Shown: positions 8,145-17,482 of the stretch, one piece after another | How positions within the stretch are numbered: position 1 is the first letter of the stretch | Layout of the letters: every line of letters starts with the position of its first letter | Assembly (NCBI GenBank): GCA_963843555.1 | Contig: CAWJKV010000003.1 | Location: 32,001 to 96,000, forward strand | Source: an uncultured Methanosarcinales archaeon | Lineage (GTDB): Archaea > Halobacteriota > Methanosarcinia > Methanotrichales > Methanotrichaceae | Length of the DNA: 64,000 nt | Reading direction: 5' to 3' | Program-made: the position numbers and the translations under genes | Notes under the pieces: model-generated | Seen by the model: the letters and a program-made list of their open reading frames with translations, nothing else | The model's database searches: none | Told to the model about the DNA's origin: nothing

Positions 8145-9381
8145 ATGTCTCTAAGAAGTGATGCATTAGCGTTTCATAAAGCTGCCAAAGGCAAAATTGC
8201 CGTGCACAGCAAGGTACCTTGCTGCACAAAGCTTGACCTGAGTCTGGCTTACACTCCAGGCGTGGCCGAACCCTGTCGCGAGATCGAGAAGAATCCTGAT
8301 GACGTTTACGAGTACACCGCCAAGGGCAATATCGTGGCTGTGGTGACGGACGGGACAGCCGTGCTGGGTTTGGGCGACATCGGGCCCCTGGCCTCCATCC
8401 CGGTTATGGAGGGAAAGGCCATTTTGTTCAAGAATTTTGCAGGCATCGACGCCTTTCCCATAGCTGTCGCCTCCAAGGATCCCTCGATCATAGTGAACAC
8501 TGTCTCCATGATCGAGCCTGTCTTTGGCGGGATCAACCTGGAGGATATCAGCGCACCTCGCTGCTTTCGAGGTAGAGGAGCGGCTGAAGAAGATCCTGAA
8601 GATACCAGTCTTTCACGATGATCAGCACGGCACAGCCGTAGTCGCCCTGGCGGCATTGATCAACGCCCTCAAGGTGGTGGGCAAGGACTTCGGCGACGTG
8701 CGCGTAGCCGTGAGCGGCGCGGGCGCGGCGGGCATTGCCGTCACCAAATTCCTCCTGAGCTTCGGAGCGAAGGACGTCATCCTCTGCGACAGCCGTGGCG
8801 TGATTCACGGGGATAGGTCCGATCTCAACCCGTCCAAGCAGGAGATAGCCAGAGTCACCAATCCCCGCAATGTTAAGGGCACCCTGGCTGACGCCCTAGT
8901 CGGAGCGGACGTCTTCCTGGGGCTGTCCGTGGCAGGCATTGTGACTCCTGCAATGGTGAAGAGCATGGCCCATGACGCTATTGTCTTCGCCATGGCCAAT
9001 CCCGTGCCCGAGATCATGCCCGATCTGGCACTGGAAGCAGGCGCCCGGGTAGTGGCCACAGGACGATCGGACTTCCCCAATCAGGTCAACAATGTGCTGG
9101 GCTTCCCGGGCATATTCCGGGGAGCTCTGGATGTCCGGGCCAGCGATATCAACGAGCCCATGAAGATCGCAGCCTCGCGGGCCATAGCCGGCCTGGTGGA
9201 GAATGTCTCTCCGGAGTGCATCATCCCTTCGCCACTGGACCGGAGAGTTGTTCCTGCCGTGGCCGAGGCGGTCGCGCGCGCGGCCATAGAGACGGGCGTC
9301 GCCCGCGTGCCGGTTGACCCCGTCGAGGTAAGACGCAGGGCGGAGGCGCTGGTGAGGGATCTGCAAAAGAGCGTTTGCTGA
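8145..9381 (+). CDS. NAD(P)-dependent malic enzyme; frameshift near 8568
   Basis: [44 protein letters not shown] in one frame, then [30 protein letters not shown] in the next. Confidence 0.92.
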
Positions 9382-9512
9382 TCTTTTCCGGGCGGCTGGT
9401 GTTGCTGTTATCAGGTAGAGAAGGGCAGCCTCTGGCCGTCTTCACCAGATATCTCGCGAACAATCAAAGTATTAAGCTTCAGGCGTTGATAAGAGAATTA
9501 GGTGTTCTTTTC

Positions 9513-9632
9513 ATGAATAAGCAGCCAAAGAAGAGGAAAGACAGCCCGGAAGAGATAAGAAGACGGCTGGAGAACAGTCTCCCCTGGAGCCTGTCTCGCT
9601 GGTTTGCCCGGCGGATGGGGCGAAAGAAGTAG
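9513..9632 (+). CDS. small basic hypothetical protein (39 aa)
   Basis: ATG after AGGTG; MNKQPKKRKDSPEEIRRRLENSLPWSLSRWFARRMGRKK; no motif recognised. Confidence 0.35.
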   Translation: MNKQPKKRKDSPEEIRRRLENSLPWSLSRWFARRMGRKK

Positions 9633-9687
9633 CTTCGATTTCGAAAGGGGAAAGATCTATCTACTTACAATCCTTACAACATTTATC

Positions 9688-9873
9688 ATGCTTGCTACTA
9701 AACGCATTCCTGTGACTGAGGCTGTATGGGTTGAGCTATCAGACCTCAAGATGGCAGGACAGACCTATTCCCAGCTCCTGGAAGAGATGATCGAAGATCG
9801 GAAAAAAGCCCGATTTTTCCGCGATATGGAGCGGATTGAGGAAGAAGGCGAGTTTGTGGAGTTTCCGTGGTAG
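9688..9873 (+). CDS. putative antitoxin (ribbon-helix-helix-like)
   Basis: 61 aa; TKRIPVT..VW.EL..LK..GQTY..LL..MI pattern, acidic tail, overlaps the toxin start. Confidence 0.75.
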   Translation: MLATKRIPVTEAVWVELSDLKMAGQTYSQLLEEMIEDRKKARFFRDMERIEEEGEFVEFPW

Positions 9874-10157
9874 CCTACCAGCTGGTCATCAAGAAGAAGG
9901 CTTTGGAGTTCGTCAACTCATTACCCCCGAAGAGCCAGAAGGTAGTGATCGAAAAATGCAAGACACTTACAGATGATCCATTTCCTGGCCAGGGTGACAA
10001 AGAGATAATTCGGCGAAAGGGTCATGAGAACATCTATCGTTTGCATATTTCTAGATCTTACACAGCTTTTTACAAGGTACATAAAGGCGAGAAGAGGGTT
10101 TTGATCCTGGATATCACAACCATTGAGCAAGCGCATAAGATCTACGGTCGATTCTAA
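9867..10157 (+). CDS. relE: RelE/ParE-family toxin
   Basis: 96 aa basic protein; YQLVIKKKALEF..SLP, DPFPG, IYRLHISRSYTAFY pattern; GTG start overlapping the antitoxin. Confidence 0.82.
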   Translation: MVAYQLVIKKKALEFVNSLPPKSQKVVIEKCKTLTDDPFPGQGDKEIIRRKGHENIYRLHISRSYTAFYKVHKGEKRVLILDITTIEQAHKIYGRF

Positions 10158-10248
10158 ATCAGGCAGGAGGTCATTTTCGCCCGCCGTTTCAGTCAGCTAG
10201 ATGATGGCTCCCACGGAAGTAATTTAGGCACCGAATTTTGAGAATGAG

Positions 10249-10276
10249 AAACCTGCGCCCCTCCAGACGCAGGTTT
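10249..10276. terminator. 9-bp hairpin between convergent genes
   Basis: AAACCTGCG ... CGCAGGTTT perfect inverted repeat. Confidence 0.55.
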
Positions 10277-10279
10277 GCA

Positions 10280-11287
10280 TCAATCACTCAAATTGGCCGA
10301 TGATGGGGCGCCTTCCTCCACCAGATACCCAGCAACGGCTTGAGTCACATCCGCGGTCCCAGAGCTCCCGCCCAGGTCCGGTGTCTTCACACCCTGCGCC
10401 AGCGCCCGCTGCACAGCCTGCTCTATTCGGCGCCCTATCTCCGGCTCGCCCAGCCACTCCATCATCATGGCCGCGCTGCGCATGGCTCCTATGGGATTGG
10501 CGATCCCCTTTCCTGCGATATCCGGCGCGCTGCCGTGTATCGGCTCGAATAGAGCGCGCGTTGTGCCGATATTGGCGCTGGCGCACAGGCCCAGGCTTCC
10601 CACCACTCCGGCTGCCTCATCACTCAGGATGTCTCCAAATAGATTGGTGGTGACCAGCACATCGAACCTCTGCGGGTTGACCACCAGATTATAGGCCGCG
10701 GCATCCACGAGCATATCGTCGTAGGGAACGCCGCGCCGCCGCGCCACCTCCCGGCAGGTCTGGAGGAAGAGGCGATCGCTTCTCAGGACATTGGACTTAT
10801 GGATGATGGTCAGACTCTGCCGTTTTGCAGCCAGGTCACACGCCACTTCTGCGATCCTCTCCGAGCCGCGGCGCGTTACCACCCTCAAAGTGCGCGACTC
10901 CTCCACCCCCACCTCTTCCAGACCGGAGTAAAGCCCCTCCGTGTTCTCCCGCACAATGATGAAATCCAGTTCGCGGGATTGGAAGGGCCGGATGTTAGCA
11001 TAGAGGTCCAGATCCTTTCGAAGCCTCAGGAGGACGCTCTTGTAGTCCGGATCGGGCGGAGTGGTGATGGCCCCCAGGAGAACGCAGTCGCACTCCTTGA
11101 TGGTCTCCAGGTCCTCGTCCGCCATGGCCTGGCCAGTTCTCTCCCAGCGGCACAGGCCTACCTCCAGAGGCACGAGCTCGAGCTCTGCGCCTGCCGCTTT
11201 CAGCACGGCGAGGGCGCTCTCCATGACCTCTGGCCCGATGCCGTCGCCGGCGATTACAGCTACTTTCTTAGTCCCTTGACCAGACAT
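10280..11287 (-). CDS. aksF: isocitrate/isopropylmalate dehydrogenase family, probably homoisocitrate dehydrogenase AksF
   Basis: GDGIGPEV, LDLYANIRP, VRENTEGLYSG, NLFGDILSD, FEPIHGSAPDIAGKGIANP; AksF inferred from linkage to a YLRT-type small subunit. Confidence 0.75.
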   Translation of the reverse strand: MSGQGTKKVAVIAGDGIGPEVMESALAVLKAAGAELELVPLEVGLCRWERTGQAMADEDLETIKECDCVLLGAITTPPDPDYKSVLLRLRKDLDLYANIRPFQSRELDFIIVRENTEGLYSGLEEVGVEESRTLRVVTRRGSERIAEVACDLAAKRQSLTIIHKSNVLRSDRLFLQTCREVARRRGVPYDDMLVDAAAYNLVVNPQRFDVLVTTNLFGDILSDEAAGVVGSLGLCASANIGTTRALFEPIHGSAPDIAGKGIANPIGAMRSAAMMMEWLGEPEIGRRIEQAVQRALAQGVKTPDLGGSSGTADVTQAVAGYLVEEGAPSSANLSD

Positions 11288-12093
11288 CTTACCGCCTCTG
11301 CTATCTCCCAGGGCCCGTCCCCCCAATGCACGACCATGCCAGGCTGGCCGCACTTCTCTGTCATGCCCCGCCGCTCGGAACGGCAACAGCGGGTGATGAA
11401 GGGCCTGTGGGGTTCAAAGACAGGATCCTCGCAATGCAGAGGACAAATATTCACAAATTCGTATTTATGCCCAGGATTATTGGCCAGAAAGATCTCGCGC
11501 GAGACCTCGCAGCCCACTATGCGGGGAAGGTCGCACGTTACCGGGTCCGAGTCCAGGGAACGCCCCAGGCCCGAGGCCCTGCAGGGGTAGTAGACATTTT
11601 CGCAATCGAACTTACGCAGATCCAGGATACTCGGCTTGAATTGAACCGCCAGGTCGCCCAGGATTCCGCATTCCTCCAGACCCCCGAGAACGTGAACCAG
11701 CCAGGGCGGGTCAGGCGGCGAGACATCCAGAACCTCGATGATTAGAATCTGGCCCGGGTCAGGATCTTTGACGAAGGTGATATGCTCATCCGGCCCCTGG
11801 AAGACTACCGTATTCGCTTTTCCTTTCTTGCAGATGCCATCCGCCAGATCGATCAGATGGGCCCGGTTGCGGGTGTCAACTCTCTCTGGATAAAACTCAA
11901 TCTCTGCACCGGAGGCGATCAACTCCAGCTTATCCACCTCATGCATGAAACCTGAGCCACGGCTCTGCACCCGATAGAGCCTCGGCCCATCCCGGCTGAT
12001 GAGAAACTCGGTGGCAAAGTAGACCGGCTCGCCCCGGCACTCCCGGTCCTTTATGCCCACGAACTTGTACTCTTCTGGAAAGATCATGCCCAT
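11260..12093 (-). CDS. Cys-rich hypothetical protein
   Basis: Intact ORF tightly coupled to both neighbours; YYPC, VGC, ICPLHC, TRCCRSER, VVHWG motifs; start 12093 or 12087. Confidence 0.75.
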   Translation of the reverse strand: MGMIFPEEYKFVGIKDRECRGEPVYFATEFLISRDGPRLYRVQSRGSGFMHEVDKLELIASGAEIEFYPERVDTRNRAHLIDLADGICKKGKANTVVFQGPDEHITFVKDPDPGQILIIEVLDVSPPDPPWLVHVLGGLEECGILGDLAVQFKPSILDLRKFDCENVYYPCRASGLGRSLDSDPVTCDLPRIVGCEVSREIFLANNPGHKYEFVNICPLHCEDPVFEPHRPFITRCCRSERRGMTEKCGQPGMVVHWGDGPWEIAEAVRCLVKGLRK

Positions 12094-12097
12094 GCCA

Positions 12098-12577
12098 TCA
12101 TGCCAATCCTTTCTGCCGCCGCCGGTGCGCCACCAGGCCACCATCCTCCAGTATCTCCATGAGGAAATCAGGCAGCCTTGTTCCCTGATAGACTTTATCC
12201 GCAACGCGCACAGTCCCTGCCTTCAGGTCCACCTCTACAGTATCGCCTGCCTGGCATGTGACATCCGCCTCTATCAGAGGAAGCCCAACGTTTATTGCAT
12301 TTCTGTAGAAGATGCGGGCAAAAGACCGGGCCACCACCACAGCCACGCCTGCCTCCTTCAGTGCCCGGGGCGCCTGCTCGCGGGAGGATCCGCTGCCGAA
12401 GTTGCGGCCGGCCACAATTATGTCGCCCTTCTGGACTTGCAATGCAAATTGCGGATCCAGGCCCTCCATGGCATGCTGGGCCCAAACCCGGGTGTCTTTG
12501 GTCCGCAGGTACTTGCCGGGGATGATCACATCTGTGTCCACGTCGTCGCCATAGATCCAAGCCTTGCCCCTGATCAT
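12098..12577 (-). CDS. aksE: homoaconitase small subunit (LeuD family, AksE/HacB type)
   Basis: [42 protein letters not shown]; the YLRT loop is the homoaconitase-type signature. Confidence 0.8.
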   Translation of the reverse strand: MIRGKAWIYGDDVDTDVIIPGKYLRTKDTRVWAQHAMEGLDPQFALQVQKGDIIVAGRNFGSGSSREQAPRALKEAGVAVVVARSFARIFYRNAINVGLPLIEADVTCQAGDTVEVDLKAGTVRVADKVYQGTRLPDFLMEILEDGGLVAHRRRQKGLA

Positions 12578-12846
12578 AATATAGAACACATCCCGCAATG
12601 GCATTAACGATTCGCAAGCATAATACTTTTGGCATTCGTCGAGCCATTACTTTCGCCCCGCCCTCTCATCCTTTTTCTCCTCATTCATCTCATTATAATC
12701 ATCGTCTTTATGGAAGGGCATTTATGGGGCGATTTTATTGCAGACCAATTGTATCTTATACATACTTTTATAAGTTCATAAAATGATCTATGGTTATCTA
12801 TTTCTCTAGAAAAGTATTTAATCTTACACGTACTTGATAGCAGTTG

Positions 12847-13050
12847 ATGGCAGGAGTTCTGGCAGAGTTATGGAGGCCGCGGCATACGAGGCCGAAATTT
12901 GAGCCGCAAATGTTCCCCAGCTACAGGCTCGATCGGAAGGCTCTCGAGCTGGAGACCGCTAAGGAGATCCTGCGAGAGGTCTTTGGCACCACTTCCGCCG
13001 AGGTGGAGGAGATGATCCGGCTTCGTCTGGAAGAGCACGATGCCCTCTGA
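12847..13050 (+). CDS. small hypothetical protein
   Basis: 67 aa ORF preceded by BRE/TATA-like GAAAAGTATTTAAT; helical C-terminus ELETAKEILREVF. Confidence 0.55.
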   Translation: MAGVLAELWRPRHTRPKFEPQMFPSYRLDRKALELETAKEILREVFGTTSAEVEEMIRLRLEEHDAL

Positions 13051-13141
13051 AAAGCCTCTCCGAATATTTTTGCGGATCTCATTTTTGGGCGTTTCGCCTC
13101 TCCAGGCAAATCTGAAATATCAGCAATCCCCATAGACTATC

Positions 13142-13753
13142 ATGATACTCGGCATATCCGGCAGCCCTCGCAAGATGGCCACGGAACATATCCTGGGTGA
13201 GGCCCTCAAGATGCTGGCGGAGAAAGGCTTCCAGACGGAGCTGTTCACCGTGCGGGGCAAGAGCATCAGCCCCTGCAAACACTGCGACTACTGCCTCAAG
13301 AACAAGGAATGCATCGTCAAGGACGACATGTATCAGCTCTACCCGCTCATCCGGGAGGCAGAGGGTTTTATCTTCGCCACGCCCGTCTACAACGGCGGAA
13401 TGAGCGCCCAGACGAAGATAGTAATAGACAGGACGCGAGCCACCCTGGCTGCAGAGCCCAAAGCGCTCAGGCGCAAGCCCGGCATGGCGATCGCAGTGGG
13501 AGGCGACCGCATGGGCGGCCAGGAGCTGGCAGTGCAGCAGATCCACACTTTTTACATTCTCAACGGCATGATACCTGTGAGCGGGGGATTTTTCGGTGCC
13601 AACCTGGGTGCAACCTTCTGGTCTCGCGATACACTGGAGGAAGCAAAAAAAGATGAAGAAGGCTTTCGGTCCCTCAGAAAGACCACCCGCCGGTTTGCCG
13701 AGGCCCTGGATTGGCTGAAGCTGGCAGAGGTGCAAGGAAAATGGGAAAAATAA
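13142..13753 (+). CDS. iron-sulfur flavoprotein (Isf, flavodoxin-fold)
   Basis: ILGISGSPRK, CxxCxxC-x5-C cluster motif, ATPVY, GGDRMGGQE. Confidence 0.9.
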   Translation: MILGISGSPRKMATEHILGEALKMLAEKGFQTELFTVRGKSISPCKHCDYCLKNKECIVKDDMYQLYPLIREAEGFIFATPVYNGGMSAQTKIVIDRTRATLAAEPKALRRKPGMAIAVGGDRMGGQELAVQQIHTFYILNGMIPVSGGFFGANLGATFWSRDTLEEAKKDEEGFRSLRKTTRRFAEALDWLKLAEVQGKWEK

Positions 13754-13810
13754 GGATGATAATGCGAAAATAAATATCCTGAAAGGTCCAATCGGATAAG
13801 GGTTGAAACT

Positions 13811-14395
13811 ATGGCAACGGATGGGGCAAAAGAAGGATCCAGGAAGAAGATCGCCTGGGGAATCACTGGCAGTGGCGACCGCATTGTGGAGACGGTCGAG
13901 GCCATGATCGAGCTGCAAAAGCAGTATATTGAAGTTGTGGACGTTCGTGTCTTCGTATCCAAGGCAGGCGAGCAGGTCATAAAATACTACAAGCTCTTCA
14001 ACACCCTGGAAAAGAACTTCGACAAGGTCTGGGTGGAGATCAACTCCAACTCACCCTTCCTGGCCGGCCAGCTGCAGGTCAAGCGCTACGAGTTCCTGCT
14101 CCTCGCCCCCACGACCTCCAACACAGTAACCAAGATCGCCCTGGGCCTGGCAGACTCTCTGCTCTCCAATGCCGCCATCATGTCCCAGAAGGCGTTCGTG
14201 CCCACGTACATCATGCCCTGTGACTATAAGCCTGGAATCATATCTACCATTCTCCCTGACGGCAGCGAGATGAAGCTGCGCATCAGAAAAGAGGATGCAG
14301 AAAATGTAGAGAAGCTGCGCCGGATGGATGACGTCCATGTCATCGAGACGCCCGGCGATATTGCAGGTGTCTTCGAGAAATACTTCGCTCGATGA
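13811..14395 (+). CDS. afpA: archaeoflavoprotein AfpA
   Basis: IAWGITGSGD, NSNSPFLAGQLQ, APTTSNTVTKIA, YIMPCD motifs. Confidence 0.9.
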   Translation: MATDGAKEGSRKKIAWGITGSGDRIVETVEAMIELQKQYIEVVDVRVFVSKAGEQVIKYYKLFNTLEKNFDKVWVEINSNSPFLAGQLQVKRYEFLLLAPTTSNTVTKIALGLADSLLSNAAIMSQKAFVPTYIMPCDYKPGIISTILPDGSEMKLRIRKEDAENVEKLRRMDDVHVIETPGDIAGVFEKYFAR

Positions 14396-14566
14396 GGATA
14401 GGCAAAAGGTGGGCGATGTTATGCCTTCGAACTTTTGGTAGCAGTAGCAAATGGTCTGTAATGTCAAATAATTCCTTTTTCGTCGGCCTCAGGGGGTGGT
14501 CGTGATTCCAGAATAGCTTTGAATTTTTGAATAGCTTTATATTATCTGATTGTAATAGGAAAGGTA

Positions 14567-15289
14567 ATGAAGAAATTGACCTTTGCTCCACTATCTATTC
14601 TCGTTTTAATTATTCTATTCTCCAGCGCCAGCTCTTCCGAGGAGAAGGGCGCTGTTGCTTGGTTCCCAAAAATAAATACGACTATCCTTTCTACCTCTCA
14701 GAACGTTGATTTTATTCCCAATTTGACGGCCTACCAGCAAACGACCGACTATACCTGTGGTCCGGCAGCATTGCTTTCTCTGGCCAAATTCTACGGGTTG
14801 CCTGATATCGAGGAAGATGCCAAGACAGAAATGCGAATCGCTCAAGAATTAGGCACAAGGGATTTGAATTCATCCCAGCCGGGGACTAAACCGCAAGAGA
14901 TGGCTAACTGGCTTGAGAAAAATGGCTTTGATGTGCAACTTGAGTTTGAGGACAAAGGCGATGGTACTGCATTGCAGCGGCTGCGCGACAACATTCGGGA
15001 TGGCATTCCAACTTTGGTAGAATGGATAGATCTCAGCGGACACTGGGTCATAGCTGTTGGTTATGACTATCGCAATGAAAGCGATCCGTGGGATGATGTC
15101 TTGATTCTGGCAGATCCTTATGATAAGTATGATGATTACGGCGACGGCTATTCCTATGTGAATGCAGATCGTTTTTACTGGATGTGGTTTGACGCACTGT
15201 ATTTCGATGATATCACCTGGCGAACCATGATCACTGCCACCCCGAGAGAGCCTCTCGGGCAAAAGTCGAACCATACAATGGCACAATGA
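14567..15289 (+). CDS. secreted C39-like (papain-fold) cysteine peptidase
   Basis: Signal peptide; QQTTDYTCGPA (Gln/Cys), GHWVIAVGYD (His), LADP (Asp). Confidence 0.82.
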   Translation: MKKLTFAPLSILVLIILFSSASSSEEKGAVAWFPKINTTILSTSQNVDFIPNLTAYQQTTDYTCGPAALLSLAKFYGLPDIEEDAKTEMRIAQELGTRDLNSSQPGTKPQEMANWLEKNGFDVQLEFEDKGDGTALQRLRDNIRDGIPTLVEWIDLSGHWVIAVGYDYRNESDPWDDVLILADPYDKYDDYGDGYSYVNADRFYWMWFDALYFDDITWRTMITATPREPLGQKSNHTMAQ

Positions 15290-15497
15290 CAACAATGCCT
15301 GCACAAGCAGAAGGAGGATATTCGTAACTTTTTTCATTACGGCCATTTGGCCTAAGGGCCCCATTCGCACTTTTGCTCAGCCTCCTGGCAGCATCTCTTC
15401 CTCTCCAACTCCAACGCCCATCTTTTCATCCAGGAAAAGCGTTATAAACTTTCCATCCGACCGCAGAGGAGATAATCGCGCAGGGAGGCTCCATCTG

Positions 15498-15800
15498 ATG
15501 ATCAAGCACATAGTGATGTTCAAGTTCAAGAAATTCGCCGAGAGCAATAATAAGTTGGGCAATACTCAGATGCTAAAGCAATATCTGGAGGCCCTTCCTG
15601 CCAAGATCAATGAGATCAAATTCTTCCAGGTGGGCGTCAACTTCAGTGACGCTACAGTCGCTTACGATCTGGTCCTCGTTTCCGAGTTTTTCAGCAAAGA
15701 GTCCCTCTATAGCTATCAGCAGCATCCAGAGCACCTCAAGGTGGCGGACTTCGTGGGCAAGGTGTGCGAGAGCAGGATAATTGTGGACTATGTGGTCTAG
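15498..15800 (+). CDS. Dabb-family stress-responsive alpha/beta barrel protein
   Basis: MIKHIVMFKFK, YDLVLVSEF, YQQHPEH, VDY motifs. Confidence 0.9.
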   Translation: MIKHIVMFKFKKFAESNNKLGNTQMLKQYLEALPAKINEIKFFQVGVNFSDATVAYDLVLVSEFFSKESLYSYQQHPEHLKVADFVGKVCESRIIVDYVV

Positions 15801-15808
15801 GGATTGCG

Positions 15809-16048
15809 ATGAAGATAGGAGTATGCGGCATCGCCTGCGAGGTCTGCCCAAGAATGGTGCGGGGTATGTGCCCCAACGGCGAAGCGGGCTGCCTTCCACG
15901 GGAGAACAGGATGTGCCAGATAGCCACCTGCGCCTTTCGAAAGGGGGTAGAATTATGTTTCCAGTGCCCGGAGTTTCCCTGCGAGACGACAAAGCAGGGA
16001 CCGATAAGCTATGGCTACTGTCAGTTCATCTCCGGCCGGGATTCTTAA
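15809..16048 (+). CDS. small Cys-rich protein (DUF3795-like)
   Basis: GVCGIACEVC...C...C...CQIATC...LCFQCPEFPC pattern. Confidence 0.75.
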   Translation: MKIGVCGIACEVCPRMVRGMCPNGEAGCLPRENRMCQIATCAFRKGVELCFQCPEFPCETTKQGPISYGYCQFISGRDS

Positions 16049-16087
16049 GGCAAATAATCTATCTATTCTGATAATAATATTTGGATC

Positions 16088-17032
16088 ATGCAGCTAATTA
16101 TCGAGCCTCTGCCGCCCTTTGACTTCGATCTGTCAGCGCAAATCTTCGTGAATGGGGACGGGCGCGTACAAAAGTACGAAGGTAGTGTCTTCTGGCAGAC
16201 AGTTCGGCTGGGAGGGATTCCGGCATTGATCAGAGTTTCATCTCAAGGGACAGTCGACCATCCCCAAATCCTGGTGCAGGTCGAGCCACAGGACGCCTTT
16301 TCCGATGATGATAAAGAGGATATTGAAGCCCTGGTGGTCAGACTCTTCAATCTGAAACTGGATCTATTGTCCTTTTACGAAGCGGTTAAGGATGATCGCA
16401 TAATGCGGCCAATAACTAAACGCCTGTGGGGCCTGCACAGCCCCAGCACGGCCACAGCTTTTGAAGCTCTGATCGACTCCATTATCGAGCAGCAGATCTC
16501 ACTCAAAGCCGCCTGGAGTATGCAGCGGCGGCTGATTGAGACCTTTGGGGAAGCCCTGAACCTGCGGGGCCGCACCTATTTCGCTTTTCCAGAGGCGGAG
16601 AAGCTGGCCGCGGCCACCATTGAAGAGCTGCGCAATTGCGGCCTGAGCGGCAGGAAGGCAGAGTATGTGCAGGGAGTCGCCAGGTTTGTGGCGGGAGGGC
16701 TGGACCTGGAGAATTTCCGGGCCTGGGACGAAAAAAGGATTATCGAAGAACTCAGCCTGATAAGAGGGGTGGGCGTCTGGACGGCGGAGATGACCATGAT
16801 CCGGGGGATGCAGAAGTTTGATGCTTTCCCTGCCGACGACATTGGCCTGAGAAGGCTCATCGCCCGCTATTACTATGGAGGCGAGAAGATCACGGGAGAA
16901 GAGGCGCGGTGCACTGCCGCCGCCTGGTCGGGCTGGCGGGGTCTGGCCAGCTTCTACCTGGTCATGGCCGAAATGCTGCAGATCGAGCCTGAGCTGGACG
17001 AATTATTGGATAAAGATCCGGAGACGGCTTGA
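16088..17032 (+). CDS. alkA: DNA-3-methyladenine glycosylase II (AlkA family)
   Basis: FEALIDSIIEQQIS, GLSGRKAEY, HhH motif IRGVGVWTAEM, FPADDIGL. Confidence 0.9.
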   Translation: MQLIIEPLPPFDFDLSAQIFVNGDGRVQKYEGSVFWQTVRLGGIPALIRVSSQGTVDHPQILVQVEPQDAFSDDDKEDIEALVVRLFNLKLDLLSFYEAVKDDRIMRPITKRLWGLHSPSTATAFEALIDSIIEQQISLKAAWSMQRRLIETFGEALNLRGRTYFAFPEAEKLAAATIEELRNCGLSGRKAEYVQGVARFVAGGLDLENFRAWDEKRIIEELSLIRGVGVWTAEMTMIRGMQKFDAFPADDIGLRRLIARYYYGGEKITGEEARCTAAAWSGWRGLASFYLVMAEMLQIEPELDELLDKDPETA

Positions 17033-17478
17033 TGCCCCGCAGATACTCTGACCGCAAAGCAACTCCCTGGAGAGAGCAATGCATCCCGTGGCCGGACAAC
17101 AAGAGATGCATCAGATGTGGTGGCGACATCCCGGAAGAGATGCAATTCAACCTCGGAACTGAGCATAGATACTGCTCCCCAGAATGCATCCGATTGTCTG
17201 TCAATGCCATTCATGATTGGACCAGATTGAGGGCCTGGATCCTCAAGCGGGATGGATTTGCCTGCCAGAGGTGCGGGGCCAAGGAGATCCGGAGGAAGAT
17301 ACCCTGGCGAAAGGACAAAGTCTTCCCTTTGGAGGTTCACCACATCAAGCCGATCATGGATGGCGGTCCGAAATTCGAATCTGCCAACTGCATAACCTTA
17401 TGCCATGACTGCCACTGTGCCGAGCACTTTCAGATTGCTCCTATCCGGAGAATGCATCGCACCCTGGACAGCTTTTAA
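17032..17478 (+). CDS. HNH endonuclease with N-terminal Zn finger
   Basis: CIRCG...YCSPEC, RDGFACQRCG, LEVHHIKPI..GG.....NCITLCHDCH. Confidence 0.85.
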   Translation: MPRRYSDRKATPWREQCIPWPDNKRCIRCGGDIPEEMQFNLGTEHRYCSPECIRLSVNAIHDWTRLRAWILKRDGFACQRCGAKEIRRKIPWRKDKVFPLEVHHIKPIMDGGPKFESANCITLCHDCHCAEHFQIAPIRRMHRTLDSF

Positions 17479-17482
17479 AATC

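Noticed and set aside
8560..8575. Programmed frameshifting in malic enzyme or other split genes
   Set aside because: No consistent slippery site or stimulatory structure; indels are too widespread
13142..14395. Isf-AfpA gene pair as a novel system
   Set aside because: Both are known flavoprotein families common in methanogens; nothing unusual seen
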